The position numbers and the translations under genes were made by a program. From an uncultured Pseudomonadales bacterium (GTDB lineage: Bacteria > Patescibacteriota > Microgenomatia > UBA1400 > PJMF01): a stretch of DNA of 58,365 nt. The DNA is taken from assembly GCA_964537665.1 (NCBI GenBank), contig CAZIBP010000002.1, forward strand, positions 1-58,365, given 5' to 3'. Each line of letters starts with the position of its first letter. Position 1 is the stretch's first letter. Shown here one piece after another: positions 55,620 through 58,365 of the stretch. The notes below the pieces were generated by a model. That model saw nothing but the letters and a program-made list of their open reading frames with translations. It did no database searches and was not told where the DNA came from.

Positions 55620-55654
55620 GTCTCCGGCCCTTACGGGCCGGAGACAATCTTTTT
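55620..55654 (+). terminator. Intrinsic terminator
   Basis: GTCTCCGGCCC-ttac-GGGCCGGAGAC followed by aatcttttt. Confidence 0.75.
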
Positions 55655-55712
55655 AATTTGTTTTAAATTCCTCTACCTTTCTCCTCATTCCTCTCCTATA
55701 ATAGCGATCGTT

Positions 55713-57110
55713 ATGCAAAGAACCCTCGTCCTTGAATCACTTCAAAAAATTGGCCAGACCGTTACTTTATGTGGCTGGGTCGATAGCAAACGCGATCATG
55801 GTAAGGTTACCTTCATTGATTTGCGCGATCGTACTGGCAAAATTCAAGCTGTTGGCATTGGTGGAAAACTTAGTGAGTTGACCACTGAGTCAGTCATTGA
55901 AATCACTGGCCAGATTAATGCTCGCAATGAAAAATCTATCAATCCAAATTTACCAACTGGTAGTATCGAAATTTTTGTTGAGGCTTATAAAGTACTAAAC
56001 AAAGCTAGTGAGTTACCGATTTTGGTGGAAGGTGATGGTTTAGATGTTAACGAAGAAATGCGTTTGAAGTATCGTTATTTGGATTTGCGTCGAGCTAGAA
56101 TGCAAAAAATTGTGCGTTTACGTTCTAAATTTTATCAAGCATTACGTGAGCAACTTGAGAAAAAAGATTTTGTAGAGGTTGAAACTCCCATGTTGACCAA
56201 GTCAACCAAAGAAGGGGCTCGTGATTTTATTGTGCCTTCTCGTTTTAATCCTGGTAAATTTTATGCGCTACCTCAGAGTCCTCAGCAATACAAACAATTA
56301 CTGATGACTGCGGGTGTAGAGAATTATTATCAATTTGCTCGCTGTATTCGTGATGAGGATTTGCGAGCTGATCGTGGTTTTGAATTTACTCAACTTGATT
56401 TGGAAATGAGTTTTGTCACCCAAGAAGAAGTTATGGCTAATGTTGAAGACATTGTCAAAAATGCGGTCAAAAAAGTTGGTGGTAAATTACAGCAAGAGAC
56501 TTTTCCAGTGATTCAATATCAAGATGCTTTGGCTAAATATGGAGCTGATAAGTTTGATTTGCGCTCTCAGGAAGAGAAAGAAGCTGGGGTTTTGGCTTTT
56601 GCTTGGGTAGTTAATTTTCCATTCTTTAAAAAAGTTGACAAAAAAGATGTAGCTGAGGTTCGTGACGGTAAGAGTGGTTGGACTTTTACTCACAACCCAT
56701 TTTCTAGTCCTGTACCAGAATCGGCGCAAGATCATAAAAATGCCACCAACATTGAGAATATTATCACTGCTCAATATGATTTGGTTTGTAATGGTTATGA
56801 AGCTGGTGGAGGTAGCATTCGTGCCCATCAACCAGAGGTTTTGGAGCAAACCTTCAAGATCATGGGCTATTCACTCGAAGAAATTCAAAATAGCGTTGGC
56901 CACATGCTGGAAGCCTTTAAATTGGGGACTCCTCCACATGGAGGCATTGCTTTGGGTTTAGATCGCTTGGTGATGCTTCTTGCTGGAGAAAATTCCATCA
57001 AGGAAACCATTGCTTTCCCGATGACTTCCAGTGGCAAAACTGCCATTATGGATGCACCAAGTGAGGTTACAAGCGAACAACTTAAAGAGTTGGGGATTAG
57101 AATTGCTTGA
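55713..57110 (+). CDS. aspS: Aspartyl-tRNA synthetase, bacterial type lacking the GAD insertion domain
   Basis: OB-fold N-terminus (LCGWVDSKRDHGKVTFIDLRDRTG), motif 2 FARCIRDEDLRADRGFEFTQLDLEMSF and motif 3 GGIALGLDRLVML. Start at ATG 55713, 10 nt after TATAAT 55697-55702. The ORF-track extension from 55527 is rejected. Confidence 0.9.
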   Translation: MQRTLVLESLQKIGQTVTLCGWVDSKRDHGKVTFIDLRDRTGKIQAVGIGGKLSELTTESVIEITGQINARNEKSINPNLPTGSIEIFVEAYKVLNKASELPILVEGDGLDVNEEMRLKYRYLDLRRARMQKIVRLRSKFYQALREQLEKKDFVEVETPMLTKSTKEGARDFIVPSRFNPGKFYALPQSPQQYKQLLMTAGVENYYQFARCIRDEDLRADRGFEFTQLDLEMSFVTQEEVMANVEDIVKNAVKKVGGKLQQETFPVIQYQDALAKYGADKFDLRSQEEKEAGVLAFAWVVNFPFFKKVDKKDVAEVRDGKSGWTFTHNPFSSPVPESAQDHKNATNIENIITAQYDLVCNGYEAGGGSIRAHQPEVLEQTFKIMGYSLEEIQNSVGHMLEAFKLGTPPHGGIALGLDRLVMLLAGENSIKETIAFPMTSSGKTAIMDAPSEVTSEQLKELGIRIA

Positions 57111-58036
57111 CTTTTTGCTACAATAAAAAAGTGAAAAGAACTAATTTAATTTTATTTTTGTTTTTGTTGTTTTCACTTTTAGTTTTGTTTATTCTCTATT
57201 TTTTTTATCCGCAGAAATTCGAACAGCAATATTCAGTTGAACTTTTCACTTTAGAAGATATTCCAGTTGTTAAAAATAATGGATTGCTGGATCAAAATCT
57301 CAATTTGAGTGCGGTTTCTGCCTATGCTTTAGATCTTTCTTCAATGACGGTGTTGTATGACAAAAATGCTGATTTAGTGCTTTATCCTGCTTCAACTAGC
57401 AAAATGGTGTCTGCTTTAGTTACGGTGGATAATTTTGCTCTTGATCAAGAATTGCAGGTGGCTAAAGAGGCTACAGTGGCAGGCAACAAACTATCCTTTA
57501 AGGAAGGAGAATTAGTTAGAGTAGATGATCTTCTAGCTGCTCTTTTGATTTTTTCTGCCAACGATAGTGCCTATATTCTAGCCAACAATTATCCCACTGG
57601 TTTATCTGGTTTCGTTGAGCAAATGAATGAAAAAGTTAAAAATTTAGGTCTTAGATCGAGTCATTTTGTCAATCCAGCTGGTTTAGATGAAGATGGGCAA
57701 CAAAGCAGTGCTCGTGATTTAACTATTATTGCCAAAGAGCTAATCAAAAATCAGCGACTCAAGCAGTTAGTGGCCACTCCATATAAAAAAATTAGCAATC
57801 AATCCCAAAATTGGTCCTATGACTTGTACAACAACAACCAGTTATTGGGTCGGATTCAAGGTGTTGCTGGAGTTAAAACAGGGACTACTGAACTAGCAGG
57901 TGAAGTACTAGTGACCTTAATTGAGAGAGATGGCCATCAAATCTTGATGACTCTAATGAACAGTCAGGATCGTTATCAAGATACTAGTAAGTTAATCGCC
58001 TGGATATTAAATAATTACGAGTGGAAAAAACTCTAA
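57107..58036 (+). CDS. D-alanyl-D-alanine carboxypeptidase (S11, PBP5-like)
   Basis: SxxK (PASTSKM), SxN (SANDSA) and KTG (VKTGTT) motifs, plus an N-terminal TM anchor. The start may instead be GTG 57131, which is 6 nt after TGcTACAAT. Confidence 0.85.
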   Translation: MTFCYNKKVKRTNLILFLFLLFSLLVLFILYFFYPQKFEQQYSVELFTLEDIPVVKNNGLLDQNLNLSAVSAYALDLSSMTVLYDKNADLVLYPASTSKMVSALVTVDNFALDQELQVAKEATVAGNKLSFKEGELVRVDDLLAALLIFSANDSAYILANNYPTGLSGFVEQMNEKVKNLGLRSSHFVNPAGLDEDGQQSSARDLTIIAKELIKNQRLKQLVATPYKKISNQSQNWSYDLYNNNQLLGRIQGVAGVKTGTTELAGEVLVTLIERDGHQILMTLMNSQDRYQDTSKLIAWILNNYEWKKL

Positions 58037-58065
58037 GAAAACTTTAGACTAATAAAGAAGAAATT

Positions 58066-58365
58066 ATGCCAACTTCAGTTCAAAATAGTTCTGGTCCGAA
58101 TTTAACAAGCATTAATTATGCTGGTCGTTTGCTAGTTAAATATGGTTTGGCTTTTTTGGTTTTTCTGATGGTGGGTCGAGTTCTACTTAACGCTTTTGTA
58201 AATTACTGGAAGGCTACTCATCCCGCACCTCCTCCACCGCCAACTGTTGGTTTTGGAATTTTACCTAATTTGGTTTTTCCTCCACAAGAAGAAGCAGATA
58301 AACCTCAGTCTTATAGTTTGGAAATGGCTTATGGTATCAAAGAAATTACAGATAGAGCTAAGGTT
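58066..58365 (+). CDS. 5' part of a hypothetical membrane protein (runs off the window)
   Basis: 100 codons are open from ATG 58066 to the window end. One TM helix (LLVKYGLAFLVFLMVG) is followed by a proline run. Confidence 0.5.
   Translation, partial: MPTSVQNSSGPNLTSINYAGRLLVKYGLAFLVFLMVGRVLLNAFVNYWKATHPAPPPPPTVGFGILPNLVFPPQEEADKPQSYSLEMAYGIKEITDRAKV

Noticed and set aside
55527-55712. N-terminal 62-codon extension of the aspS ORF given in the ORF track
   Set aside because: The extension overlaps the 30-aa ORF and runs through a strong terminator hairpin (55620-55654). AspRS homology begins at MQRTLVLESLQ (ATG 55713), right after a TATAAT box.
1-58365. CRISPR arrays, cas genes, transposases, rRNA genes, alternative genetic code
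   Set aside because: No regularly spaced direct repeats and no IS-like inverted-repeat-bounded ORFs were seen. TGA, TAA and TAG all terminate recognisable conserved proteins at the expected lengths, so there is no sign of stop-codon reassignment.

Overview
This is an AT-rich bacterial chromosomal segment, roughly one-third G+C by eye. It is densely coding on both strands and uses the standard genetic code (TGA serves as a stop). I call about 58 protein genes and up to 3 tRNAs: a partial tRNA-Ser, tRNA-Pro(GGG) and an atypical tRNA-His-like gene. Recognisable housekeeping genes are recA, dnaG, metG, aspS, trxA/trxB, maf, rmuC, tatD, zwf/gnd and kbl/tdh. Other content includes an [FeFe]-hydrogenase with a short NuoF-like partner, a P-type cation ATPase, a MacAB-like efflux system, and a sortase with a substrate. 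There is also a large envelope-glycan cluster (GT1, GT2, GT4/WecA-like, two GT-C enzymes, a DPPR-synthase-like UbiA protein) and many unrecognisable ORFs, including a 1619-aa giant. Compact enzymes, such as an AspRS lacking the GAD insertion, suggest a reduced-genome uncultivated lineage such as Patescibacteria/CPR; that is inference only. I found no CRISPR array, transposase, integrase or rRNA. The most unusual signal is a ~1.7-kb G+C-rich island (about 33650-35335) beside the sortase-substrate gene. It holds two secreted/lipoprotein ORFs with foreign codon usage, each behind a copy of a shared ATCCTATAAT promoter module. Each ORF has a long hairpin-rich untranslated leader. A second, smaller G+C-elevated insert (55013-55712) carries two mini-ORFs and a leader of similar architecture. 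All functional calls rest on motifs read by eye; no database search was possible.
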